From: Bacillota bacterium
GTDB taxonomy: Bacteria > Bacillota > Limnochordia > Darwinibacteriales > Darwinibacteriaceae
DNA: 64,000 nucleotides
Direction: 5' to 3'
Assembly (NCBI GenBank): GCA_012837385.1
Contig: DURH01000020.1
Coordinates: forward strand, 297,140 to 361,139
The position numbers and the translations under genes were made by a program. This document shows positions 56,323 to 64,000 of this stretch, in pieces (within the stretch, counting starts at the first letter, position 1; each line of letters begins with the position of its first letter). Below the pieces are notes generated by a model. That model worked only from the letters and a program-made list of their open reading frames with translations, was not told the origin of the DNA and did not search any database.

Positions 56323-57331
56323 TTCTGCGTAGCACATCACACGCTGTGAGCAGCGGCACGCTTCCGCCGCTCGCTGCGATATGGCGGATTAGGGAGGTCT
56401 GCCCTTGTCGGTGCACCTTTGGGTCTGAGCCGTAGAGAGCGATAAGACCATCTACAATGGTCTGGTGGAAACTAGGGGGAACGAGCTGTATAGCTCGCTC
56501 CTTGCTTTTTTGGGCAATGCTGATCAGGGAGCGGTTGCGAGTTTCTTCGCTGGGGTAGAAGGTCAGGAAGTTGAGATCGCCGTTTTGATTGTCCTCTTCC
56601 AGATCGATGAGGTAATCCAAGAGAATGTGCAGCCCTTGAATCCAAGGGAAATACGCGTGAAAAGTGTCGTCTTGGTCCTGGGGCGGCTGGAACGACAGGG
56701 CTGTGAACATAAAGATGCCTAAAGTGGAGCCACAGGCGGCTGTCCATTCGTTCCAGGTGAGGTCCTGAGGACTCTTGATGGATGCGGCCCAGCTCCGCAG
56801 CAGCTCTTCGCCTCGGGGAGAGTGCTTAAGGACTTGGAGCTCACAATAATACTCGGCCAGGCGCTCTATATAGGGATAGTTCAGGTGGTAGTAAGGAATC
56901 ACCTGTAAGGTCTTCTGGCACTGCTGTACCAAACTAGACAGATAGGTCTCTTCACGATATGGGTACAAAGCGTAATAGTCGTTAAGGGGTGCATATGGGT
57001 TGAGGGCATGCCGGAAGCTCTTGTGGAGGAGCTGGAAAGCGGAGGGATCACATACTCCCAAGCGATCGCAGAGGTTGTCCAAGTAGTCGCTGATGGTCTG
57101 CAGGGCCACGACAAAAGACAGCATCGTTTGGCCATGGACACCTGGGTACTGGGCATATACTGAGCCCCCGAGGCAGTGGAAGGCCTTGTGCTCGATGCTG
57201 AGCAGGGCTTGGGTGCGGAGAGGTTCAGGTATCGTTTGGGCTAGTGATTTCCAGCGGCTCAGTTCTCGCTTCACAGCGGGAAGGGCGGCGATGAACTTGC
57301 CGAGCAGTACCGGTCTTGGGGTTTGGCGCAT
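56309..57331 (-). CDS. ytpB: Tetraprenyl-beta-curcumene synthase family protein (YtpB/DUF2600)
   Basis: AVKRELSRWKSLAQTIPEPLRTQALLSIEHKAFHCLGGSVYAQ...ALQTISDYLDNLCDR closely follows the YtpB pattern as I remember it (ELDYWR..., KAFHCEGG, QTISDYLDNLCDR). Confidence 0.75.
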   Translation of the reverse strand: MRQTPRPVLLGKFIAALPAVKRELSRWKSLAQTIPEPLRTQALLSIEHKAFHCLGGSVYAQYPGVHGQTMLSFVVALQTISDYLDNLCDRLGVCDPSAFQLLHKSFRHALNPYAPLNDYYALYPYREETYLSSLVQQCQKTLQVIPYYHLNYPYIERLAEYYCELQVLKHSPRGEELLRSWAASIKSPQDLTWNEWTAACGSTLGIFMFTALSFQPPQDQDDTFHAYFPWIQGLHILLDYLIDLEEDNQNGDLNFLTFYPSEETRNRSLISIAQKSKERAIQLVPPSFHQTIVDGLIALYGSDPKVHRQGQTSLIRHIAASGGSVPLLTACDVLRRTGLI

Positions 57332-57430
57332 GAGCAGCTCTCCTGTATCTTAACATCTCCTAGCCGGGCAGTGCTTAATCGTGAAAATGGACATAATGTT
57401 ATGTAAACAATAAAAAAACTCTGGGCCTGT

Positions 57431-57560
57431 TTACCAAGGGATCGGCGTTGTAGTAAGATAGTGGCGGGGTCAAAGGCTGTTCTGGCCTAGTCCAGGATAT
57501 GCTGAACCGGATCCCCATTCCAATCTACAACGAACAAGGCGAACTGATTTAGCTTGGTAA
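57431..57560. ncRNA. Candidate structured RNA element (nested perfect helices), class unknown
   Basis: Outer helix TTACCAAG (57431-38) / CTTGGTAA (57553-60). Inner helix CGTTGTAG (57446-53) / CTACAACG (57525-32). The helices enclose a GC-rich, about 70-nt multi-stem core. Lies in a 230-nt non-coding gap. Confidence 0.3.
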
Positions 57561-57562
57561 CG

Positions 57563-57588
57563 AAAAAACTCCAGGCTCTTGCCTGGAG
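57563..57588 (-). terminator. Terminator after tRNA-Trp
   Basis: On the minus strand, CTCCAGGC-AAGA-GCCTGGAG followed by T6. Confidence 0.85.
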
Positions 57589-57610
57589 ATGAAGTCTGCG
57601 GTATTAACAG

Positions 57611-57686
57611 TGGCAGGGGAGACAGGAATCGAACCCGCAGCCCTCGGTTTTGGAGACCGATGCTCTACCAATTGAGCTACTCCCCT
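57611..57686 (-). tRNA. tRNA-Trp (anticodon CCA), CCA encoded
   Basis: Reverse complement AGGGGAGTAGCTCAATTGGTAGAGCATCGGTCTCCAAAACCGAGGGCTGCGGGTTCGATTCCTGTCTCCCCTGCCA. Anticodon loop CTCCAAA. Confidence 0.92.
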
Positions 57687-57699
57687 GCGACCAATTATT

Positions 57700-57728
57700 A
57701 TCTTAGCACAGGACAGGGGTTTGGTCAA
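57700..57728 (-). promoter_or_regulatory. Sigma-A-type promoter for tRNA-Trp
   Basis: On the minus strand, TTGACC (57728-57723), a 17-nt spacer, then TAAGAT (57705-57700). The -10 ends about 13 nt upstream of the mature tRNA 5' end. Confidence 0.55.
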
Positions 57729-57799
57729 TAGGTGGGGAAGGAATTCCTTGGCTCCTGTCTAAGTACTTAGCTGGAAAGACAAGTAAAGGAGTGGAACAC

Positions 57800-58387
57800 T
57801 TGACAAAGGCAGTTTTAGGGGAAGTACCAGTAGGGATTTCAAACAGACACATTCATCTATCTCAGGAACACTTGGAGGCACTGTTCGGTCCAGGCTATGA
57901 ATTGACCATCAAGAAAGACCTTTCTCAGACTGGACAATATGCCGCTGAGGAGACTCTAACCATCGAAGGGCCGAAATCTGCCCTGAAAAACGTCAGGATC
58001 CTGGGTCCCGTGAGAAAGGAAACGCAGGTTGAGATCTCCCGCACCGACGCGTTCTCCTTGGGACTGAAACCACCTGTACGGGATTCTGGACATCTGGAAG
58101 ATTCGCCTGGCATCAAGCTTATCGGGCCCAAGGGCACAATAGAGCTTGACAAGGGCGTGATCATTGCTCAGCGCCACATCCACATGAATGAAGCCGATGC
58201 CGAGGCCTTCGGTGTTAAGGATAAGGAAATCGTGTCCGTGCGCGCTGGAGGCGAGCGCGGTCTGGTGTTTGATAACGTCCTGGTCAGAGTGCGCAGTGAT
58301 TTCGTGCTGGAAATGCACATTGATACAGATGAGGCCAATGCTGGCATGTTGAACAATGGCCAGATGGTTGAGGTATTTCGCGACTAA
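57800..58387 (+). CDS. pduL: Phosphate propanoyl/acetyl-transferase PduL
   Basis: Duplicated PduL motifs VPVGISNRHIHLSQEHLEALFG and IIAQRHIHMNEADAEAFGV. TTG at 57800 sits 8 nt after AAGGAG (ORF-track GTG at 57791 is also possible). Confidence 0.88.
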   Translation: MTKAVLGEVPVGISNRHIHLSQEHLEALFGPGYELTIKKDLSQTGQYAAEETLTIEGPKSALKNVRILGPVRKETQVEISRTDAFSLGLKPPVRDSGHLEDSPGIKLIGPKGTIELDKGVIIAQRHIHMNEADAEAFGVKDKEIVSVRAGGERGLVFDNVLVRVRSDFVLEMHIDTDEANAGMLNNGQMVEVFRD

Positions 58388-58405
58388 ACAAGAGAGGTGG
58401 TAAGC

Positions 58406-60379
58406 ATGGATCTACAAAGAGTAGCTAACGTGATCCGCGGATTGGCCGCGGACGGAGTTCAGAAGGCAAATTCAGGCCATCCAGGGGCACCATTGGGTTT
58501 AGCAGATGTGGGGGCAGTCCTCTATTTTGATTTTCTCAAGCATAACCCGGCAAATTCTAAGTGGCCTAACCGTGACCGCTTTGTTCTGTCTGGCGGACAT
58601 GGCTCGATGCTGCTGTATTCACTTTTGCATCTCTCCGGGTACCAGGTTTCCCTAGATGATCTGAAGAACTTCAGACAGCTGGGTTCCAACACCCCGGGCC
58701 ATCCTGAATATGGCGACACCGATGGTGTGGAAACAACAACGGGGCCTCTGGGACAGGGGATCGCTAATGCAGTAGGTATGGCCATTGGGGAAAGAATGGC
58801 TGCCGCCCGCTTTAACAGGCCTGGGATGGAGGTCGTGGACCACTATACATATGTGCTGGCAGGCGATGGTGACCTCATGGAAGGAGTAAGCTCCGAAGCC
58901 TCCTCGCTGGCAGGCCATCTTAAACTTGGCAAGCTGATTGCCATTTACGATTCCAACCAGATCACTATTGAGGGATCCACGGAACTGGCTTTCACCGAAT
59001 CCGTTAAGGGCCGCTACTTGGCTTACGGTTGGCAGGTGCTGGAGGTTGACGGCCACAGCATCCCTGAACTGCAGAAGGCGCTTGCGGAAGCACAAGCCAA
59101 CACCGAGCAGCCTACGCTGATTATTGCCCATACCCAGATCGCTAAAGGTGCTCCCACTAAAGCTGGCTTGGCTGAAACCCATGGTGCTCCTCTCGGCGCT
59201 GAAGAAATAGCGGGACTGAAGAAGGGTCTTGGACTTCCTGAAGATGAGGACTTTTATGTACCCGATGATCTGAAGAACCTTCCTGAGCTGATGCGGCAGA
59301 AGGGCGAACAGCTAGAGTCCGAATGGAAGCAGCTGTTTGACCGCTGGTCTAAGGAAAACCCCCAGCTTGCCGAGGAGTGGAACTCTTGGATGAGCGGTGT
59401 TCTGCCTGACTTGAGCGAAATTCTGACTATGTTTGGCCCTGATGCTAAGATGGCCACCAGGGCGGCGAGCGGTCAAGTACTCAATGCAATTGCCCGTAAG
59501 GTACCCAACCTGGTGGGAGGTTCTGCTGACTTGGCACCGTCCAACAACTCCTTCCTGCATGGAGAAGGATCGGTGCAAGCAGGGGACTTCAGCGGCCGGA
59601 ACTTCAATTTCGGAGTTCGGGAACATGGCATGGCCGCCATATTGAACGGTTTGGCGCTCTATGGCCACTTCCGGGTCTTTGGAGCGACCTTCCTGGTCTT
59701 CTCTGACTACATGAGACCCAGCATGCGTTTGGCCGCTCTCATGGGTCTGCCTGTGGTGTATATCCTGACCCATGACTCAGTGTACGTGGGTGAGGATGGG
59801 CCTACTCACCAGCCCATTGAAACCACTGAGTCCTTGAGACTCATCCCCAACTTGGCAGTATTTCGCCCAGCTGATGCCGAGGAGACTGCTTGGAGTTGGG
59901 TTGAGGCCATGAAGCGCAAAGACGGACCTTCTGCTCTGATCCTAACCCGTCAGAACCTGCCTCTGCTCAAGAAACCCCAGGGCTGGGATTTCACCAAGGG
60001 TGGCTATGTGGTTCGCCCAGAACAGGAAGACCTGGCCATTGTGTTGGTTGCTGCAGGCAGCGAAGTCAGCTTGGCCGTGCAGGTTGCCGAGCAGGTTGAG
60101 AAGCCAGGCTTGGGCGTGCGCGTTGTTTCTGTTCCAAACAGGGGACTGTTCCTGAAGCAGGATCAAGCGTACAGGAGCAGAGTAATACCACAGGATGTCC
60201 CCACCCTAGCCATTGAGCTGGGTGTGGCCACTGGCTGGTATGCCATCAACCCTGGCGGCAGAGTAGAAGTATTTGGCCTAGAGCGCTTTGGTGCCAGCGG
60301 GCCTGGACAAAAGGTCGTGGATTATCTAGGCTTTACCGCGGAGGCCATTGCGGAGCGCATAATGTCCATAGTGAAATAG
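58406..60379 (+). CDS. tkt: Transketolase
   Basis: [18 protein letters not shown] ([15 protein letters not shown]) and [15 protein letters not shown]. 657 aa from the ATG at 58406. Confidence 0.95.
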   Translation: MDLQRVANVIRGLAADGVQKANSGHPGAPLGLADVGAVLYFDFLKHNPANSKWPNRDRFVLSGGHGSMLLYSLLHLSGYQVSLDDLKNFRQLGSNTPGHPEYGDTDGVETTTGPLGQGIANAVGMAIGERMAAARFNRPGMEVVDHYTYVLAGDGDLMEGVSSEASSLAGHLKLGKLIAIYDSNQITIEGSTELAFTESVKGRYLAYGWQVLEVDGHSIPELQKALAEAQANTEQPTLIIAHTQIAKGAPTKAGLAETHGAPLGAEEIAGLKKGLGLPEDEDFYVPDDLKNLPELMRQKGEQLESEWKQLFDRWSKENPQLAEEWNSWMSGVLPDLSEILTMFGPDAKMATRAASGQVLNAIARKVPNLVGGSADLAPSNNSFLHGEGSVQAGDFSGRNFNFGVREHGMAAILNGLALYGHFRVFGATFLVFSDYMRPSMRLAALMGLPVVYILTHDSVYVGEDGPTHQPIETTESLRLIPNLAVFRPADAEETAWSWVEAMKRKDGPSALILTRQNLPLLKKPQGWDFTKGGYVVRPEQEDLAIVLVAAGSEVSLAVQVAEQVEKPGLGVRVVSVPNRGLFLKQDQAYRSRVIPQDVPTLAIELGVATGWYAINPGGRVEVFGLERFGASGPGQKVVDYLGFTAEAIAERIMSIVK

Positions 60380-60388
60380 CAATTTGTA

Positions 60389-60417
60389 AAGAGGCTGCAC
60401 AGGGCAGCCTCTTTTTT
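60389..60417. terminator. Bidirectional terminator between tkt and the convergent coat gene
   Basis: AAGAGGCTGC-ACAGG-GCAGCCTCTT with a T run on the + strand. Confidence 0.8.
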
Positions 60418-60829
60418 AGTAGTCTCTCGGTTGATACATCCCTCCCGATTCGTATGTGGTTCGCTGGCGGGGAAGCTGGCTTTCATATCCCTGGAATTTC
60501 TGGTACTCCTTAGCGATTTGGGTGGGCTGTTCGGGATGTAGGGAGTACCAGCCTTTTTCGAACATAAGGTTGAACACATCCCTGGCTGCCCGGTGAGTCT
60601 CGTTAAGAATGTGCATGATATCGCTGTGCAGGGCTTGGTGGCTCGCTTCTCTGGCAAACACATTGAAGCCATCGGTGAGCCATTTCTCTGTGGCCAGCAT
60701 GTCATTGAGGCGGTCCCTGTCGTTGAACTGCACATTTTGCGGAACCTGTGTACTGGGATTCTTTATCGTGGGGTCGGTCGACCCTTCAAAACGCTGCTGA
60801 TAGCCTCCGTAAGGCCGTTGGCTGTTCAT
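60416..60829 (-). CDS. Spore coat protein, CotF-like (Coat F domain)
   Basis: FNDRDRLNDMLATEKWLTDGFNVFAREASHQALHSDIMHILNETHRAARDVFNLMFEKGWY is a typical Coat F domain. Confidence 0.8.
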   Translation of the reverse strand: MNSQRPYGGYQQRFEGSTDPTIKNPSTQVPQNVQFNDRDRLNDMLATEKWLTDGFNVFAREASHQALHSDIMHILNETHRAARDVFNLMFEKGWYSLHPEQPTQIAKEYQKFQGYESQLPRQRTTYESGGMYQPRDY

Positions 60830-60841
60830 GCTGTCCCTCCT

Positions 60842-61126
60842 TTACTGCCTGTAACCTTGGTAGCCAAAATGCTCATGGTCGTGTTCGGTGGTATTGAGCT
60901 GATTGAGCAGAATATCATAATGTGTTTGATGGAGCTGGCTGATCTGTTCCAGCTGGTGTTTCACCTGTTGGTCGGAACACTGGCTGGCCATGTTATACGC
61001 CTTTTTGGCTGCCAACAGCTCCCAGGAGAGTGCGTCGGTGAGGTACGCACAGTCTTTGGTAGAAAGCGTTCTGGGAGGCCGATTCATTCGATAGGGCTGC
61101 TGTGAATACTGATCTCGATACATCAT
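60842..61126 (-). CDS. Spore coat protein, CotF-like (short)
   Basis: LSTKDCAYLTDALSWELLAAKKAYNMASQCSDQQVKHQLEQISQLHQTHYDILLNQL. ATG at 61126 follows AAAGGGGG. The ORF-track start at 61246 is an extension. Confidence 0.7.
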   Translation of the reverse strand: MMYRDQYSQQPYRMNRPPRTLSTKDCAYLTDALSWELLAAKKAYNMASQCSDQQVKHQLEQISQLHQTHYDILLNQLNTTEHDHEHFGYQGYRQ

Positions 61127-61300
61127 GAACCCCCTTTTGGATCTTTCAATAGTAGATTGCCCTACTCTTAGCAAATCAACCCAAATAATTACCATAGCAA
61201 AGGAGGAAATTCCTAGGAGAGAGGGAATAATAACGAAGTGAGCCACTTATAAATAACAAAAAAGGGAATTGGTCATGCTAATTCGAGGAGGTAGAGCGTT

Positions 61301-62521
61301 ATGAGTGAACTGATTGATAACCGCAAACATCGCCAGGAGGTTCTCAAGGGCATTATTCGCGATATTCATGCCGGGGCTGATGTGGAGGATATCAAGCGGC
61401 GGTTTGGTGATCTGCTGGATCAAGTGGGGCCTGGTGAAATTGGAGAGATTGAGCAGGCCTTGATCAACGAAGGGATGGCAGTGGAGGAGATACAAAGGTT
61501 GTGCGATGTGCACGTTGCCGTCTTTAAGGAATCCCTGGACAAACAGATGGCTGCTGTGTCTCCAGTGCAGCCAGAGGAAGATCCCCTCCAGGACTTAAAG
61601 GAGTTCAACAGCAAGCTGAAACCCCTGCTTGACGAGGTGCGCGGTCTTGTGGAGACCATCAGTGCAGCGGAAGCTGGATCGGATCTCAAAGAGAAGGTAG
61701 ATCAATGGGCAGACAAGCATCAGGAGCTCTTGTCAGTTGATAAGCACTATTCGAAGAAGGAAAACATCCTTTTTCCCTATCTGGAGCGCTATGGGATCAG
61801 TGGGCCTCCCACTGTGATGTGGGGCACCCATGACGAGATCCGTGCATCCCTGAAAGAAGTATCTAAGGTGATCGAAAAGGCCCAGGAGAGCCCCTCAACA
61901 GCTCAACTGGCAGCTGAGATCGGTAACATTGTGCTGCCAGCCCTTAATTCTGTCGCTGAGATGGTGTATAAAGAAGAAAATATCCTTTTCCCGCTCTGCA
62001 TGGAAACCTTCACTCAAGATGAATGGCAGGAGATTGCGGCTCAGTTTAAAGATCCTCTGGCCACCGTTTATAGGTCAAGAGAGACAGGAAGCACTGAAAA
62101 GCCTCACGGAGAGGGCATCGATTTAGAAGTGGGCGTCTTAACGCCTGAGCAGCTTAATCTGCTGTTCGGACACCTTCCCGTTGATGTTACCTTTGTGGAT
62201 GAGAAGGATGAAGTGGCCTTCTTCTCCCTAGGGCCAGAACGAATCTTTGAACGTGCTCGGGCTGCCATAGGCCGCAAGGTGCAGCTCTGCCATCCCCCGT
62301 CCAGTATGGGAGTTGTTGAGCAGATTCTCGATGATTTCAAGAGCGGCCGCCGAGATGTGGCTGAGTTCTGGATTCCCATGAAAGACATGCTGGTCCACAT
62401 CCGCTATTTCGCCATTCGTGACAGCGCAGGAAAGTATCGCGGCACCCTTGAAGTGACGCAGAACATCGCCGAACTTCAGAAAATCACAGGTGAAAAACGG
62501 ATCTACGATTACGAGAGCTAG
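61301..62521 (+). CDS. DUF438-domain protein with hemerythrin-like and PAS-like regions
   Basis: N-terminus RKHRQEVLKGIIRDIHAGADVEDIKRRFGDLLDQVGPGEIGEIEQALINEGMAVEEIQRLCDVH is as I recall for DUF438. HY..KEENILFP hemerythrin-type repeats appear twice. Confidence 0.7.
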   Translation: MSELIDNRKHRQEVLKGIIRDIHAGADVEDIKRRFGDLLDQVGPGEIGEIEQALINEGMAVEEIQRLCDVHVAVFKESLDKQMAAVSPVQPEEDPLQDLKEFNSKLKPLLDEVRGLVETISAAEAGSDLKEKVDQWADKHQELLSVDKHYSKKENILFPYLERYGISGPPTVMWGTHDEIRASLKEVSKVIEKAQESPSTAQLAAEIGNIVLPALNSVAEMVYKEENILFPLCMETFTQDEWQEIAAQFKDPLATVYRSRETGSTEKPHGEGIDLEVGVLTPEQLNLLFGHLPVDVTFVDEKDEVAFFSLGPERIFERARAAIGRKVQLCHPPSSMGVVEQILDDFKSGRRDVAEFWIPMKDMLVHIRYFAIRDSAGKYRGTLEVTQNIAELQKITGEKRIYDYES

Positions 62522-62543
62522 TTACCAGCCATAGCCAAGAGCG

Positions 62544-62583
62544 TCCCTCCATATTCAGTGTACAGAGGAATTGGAGGGATTTT
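62544..62583 (+). terminator. Terminator after the DUF438 gene
   Basis: TCCCTCCA(T)ATTC-loop-GAATTGGAGGGA followed by TTTT. Confidence 0.7.
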
Positions 62584-62612
62584 CATGTTCAGGGAGAAAA
62601 GCTAAGATCAAT

Positions 62613-63314
62613 GTGATTAAGGAAGGGCTGATCACGATACCTGATAAGTTGATCTTTTTGGATGTGGAAACAACAGGACTAGATGGCTACAGGGACCGCA
62701 TCATTGAGATCTTTTTGCTGTCCTTGAGCAAGAGTGGAGAGGTTGCTCAGTACGAGACTCTGATCAATCCCCAGCGTCCTCTGCCAGAGCGCATTACGGA
62801 GATTACCGGCTTAACCGATGCAGATCTGCAAGACGCTCCATTGGAATCAGAAGTGGCTCCGGCCATCAGAGAGTTTATCGGGATGGGTACACCGGTGGGT
62901 CACAATCTCCCCTTTGATTTGAGGTTTTTAAACTCCATGTTTCGGCGGCAGAAACTGCTTGAGTTGGGCGGGGGAGGAATAGACACACTGGTAATCAGCA
63001 GGGAACTCTTCCCGAAACTCGCCATTTATCCCGGCGGCGGGGGAAGCCATCGCTTAAGCAACCTAATGTATCACTTTGGCTTGCAGGACGCCTACGCTAA
63101 CGCTCATCGAGCCAAGGAAGACGTGATGCTCCTGGTGGAGGTATTTCGGTATCTCCAGGACTATGCCGCCGGGCGTTTGGCTGTGAGTTACCCCGAGCCA
63201 CTGATCAATGGCTGCCCTCTGTGCGGTTCAGCTATGCATGTAACTGATGGCGATGGAGGCAGAATGCTGATCTGCAGAAGTGAACCCCCTTGTGATGTGA
63301 AGTTGGTTGTCTAG
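62613..63314 (+). CDS. DnaQ/DEDD-family 3'-5' exonuclease with C-terminal C4 zinc-ribbon
   Basis: ExoI LIFLDVETTGLD, ExoII GHNLPFDLRFL and ExoIII HRAKEDVMLLVEV. C-terminal CPLCGS...ICRSEPPC. The start is uncertain (GTG 62613). The ORF-track TTG at 62571 lies inside the upstream terminator. Confidence 0.8.
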   Translation: MIKEGLITIPDKLIFLDVETTGLDGYRDRIIEIFLLSLSKSGEVAQYETLINPQRPLPERITEITGLTDADLQDAPLESEVAPAIREFIGMGTPVGHNLPFDLRFLNSMFRRQKLLELGGGGIDTLVISRELFPKLAIYPGGGGSHRLSNLMYHFGLQDAYANAHRAKEDVMLLVEVFRYLQDYAAGRLAVSYPEPLINGCPLCGSAMHVTDGDGGRMLICRSEPPCDVKLVV

Positions 63315-63316
63315 GG

Positions 63317-63345
63317 TTGACATATACCCCGTGGGGGTATATACT
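63317..63345 (+). promoter_or_regulatory. trxA promoter (TTGACA-17-TATACT) with an embedded 9-3-9 palindromic operator
   Basis: TTGACA at 63317-22 and TATACT at 63340-45. Palindrome ATATACCCC-GTG-GGGGTATAT at 63322-63342. Confidence 0.6.
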
Positions 63346-63386
63346 AGAATCAAACAAAGAAGCCAGACTAAAGGAGGATGTAATCC

Positions 63387-63707
63387 ATGCCAATGACCGT
63401 CACTGATCAAGATTTTCAGGCCAAGATCCTGGATCATCAAGGCGTTTCCTTTGTGGACTTTTGGGCAGCGTGGTGCGGCCCCTGTCGCATGCTGGCCCCA
63501 ATCGTAGACGAACTGTCCCGTGACTATGAAGGTAAGGCTCAGATTGCCAAGCTGGATGTGGACGCTAATCAATACACGGCACGCCAATATGGGGTTATGA
63601 GCATTCCCACCATGATCATCTTTAAGGATGGTGAGGAAGTGGATCGCCTAGTGGGTGTTATGCCCAAGGAAATGATCGCCGAGAGGCTGGATAAGTGGAT
63701 CGCTTGA
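63387..63707 (+). CDS. trxA: Thioredoxin
   Basis: FWAAWCGPCRMLAP active site. 106 aa. Confidence 0.95.
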   Translation: MPMTVTDQDFQAKILDHQGVSFVDFWAAWCGPCRMLAPIVDELSRDYEGKAQIAKLDVDANQYTARQYGVMSIPTMIIFKDGEEVDRLVGVMPKEMIAERLDKWIA

Positions 63708-63743
63708 CAAAGCAGGTAAAATAGGATACGATAGTGTTGGTGA

Positions 63744-63820
<77 letters not shown>

Positions 63821-63842
63821 AACTAATTTGCGGCCAGGTTTT

Positions 63843-63880
63843 GCCAGTTCTGCCTGTTAAGGCCCGAACTGGCTTTTCTG
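63843..63880 (+). terminator. Terminator after tRNA-fMet
   Basis: GCCAGTTC-loop(15)-GAACTGGC followed by TTTTCTGTT. Confidence 0.6.
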
Positions 63881-63956
63881 TTGGAATCGTATAATATACT
63901 GATGGCCGCGAATGCAGTTCGTACGCCTAACACATGGCGTTTTGGAGGTCGTAGCA

Positions 63957-64000
63957 ATGCCATTGCCTGTGATTGCAGCTGTTATTCGGCAAGGCGATGA
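63957..64000 (+). CDS. 5' end of an ORF running off the right edge (N-terminus MPLPVIAAVIRQGD, possibly Nudix-like)
   Basis: ATG at 63957 follows GGAGG. Only 14 codons are visible, so the product guess is weak. Confidence 0.35.
   Translation, partial: MPLPVIAAVIRQGD

Noticed and set aside
57431-57560. Assignment of the nested-helix element to the TPP or c-di-GMP-I riboswitch classes.
   Set aside because: The CTGAACCGGATC and CAAAGGC...GGCC stretches resemble those classes only loosely. The obligatory TPP CUGAGA box and the GEMM tetraloop/receptor features are absent. It is kept only as an unclassified candidate.
57800-60379. PduL next to transketolase as a possible novel pathway module.
   Set aside because: PduL commonly substitutes for Pta in Clostridia-like genomes. 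The adjacency with tkt has no intervening coupling evidence (separate RBS, 18-nt gap) and is most simply coincidental central-metabolism clustering.

Overview
This 64-kb window looks like an ordinary core-chromosome segment of a moderately GC-rich, endospore-forming Firmicute. The gene set and order look Clostridia/Peptococcaceae-like. I saw no transposase, integrase, CRISPR array or phage block.

Genes are densely packed and mostly on the + strand:
- Housekeeping: atpZ-atpI-atpB (minus strand, at the left edge), rimO-pgsA, cinA, recA-recX-rny-ymdB, scpA-scpB, rluB, cmk-plsC-ispH::rpsA fusion, der-plsY, aspartokinase, an EF-G paralog, a T-box-controlled archaeal-type aspS, helD, an ABC-F ATPase, pduL-tkt and trxA.
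- Sporulation and germination: spoVS, a spoVAF-like GerA-family gene, ytfI/ytfJ, spoIIP, YIEGIA, spoIVA and two CotF-like coat genes.
- tRNAs: Pro(GGG), Trp(CCA) and initiator Met(CAT).

All product calls rest on motifs I recognise in the supplied translations. No database search was possible. Many ORF-track starts are over-extended, and I re-placed them using RBS context.

The most interesting signals are regulatory or small:
1. The Asp T-box leader has one Stem I but two complete antiterminator/terminator modules.
2. The ABC-F gene has an attenuator-like leader with SD-preceded mini-ORFs, a perfect terminator and an anti-SD hairpin.
3. A 58-codon ORF lies between YIEGIA and der and is missing from the ORF track.
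4. A split, orphan activase plus two DUF2229-like genes are translationally abutted to the spoVAF-like gene.
5. A polyprenyl synthase and a YtpB-like terpene synthase form a convergent pair.
6. A CsoR/CstR-type palindrome sits inside the trxA promoter.
7. An SD-preceded 23-codon hydrophobic ORF plus terminator lies ahead of an ABC-2 transporter operon.
8. A nested-helix intergenic element lies next to tRNA-Trp.
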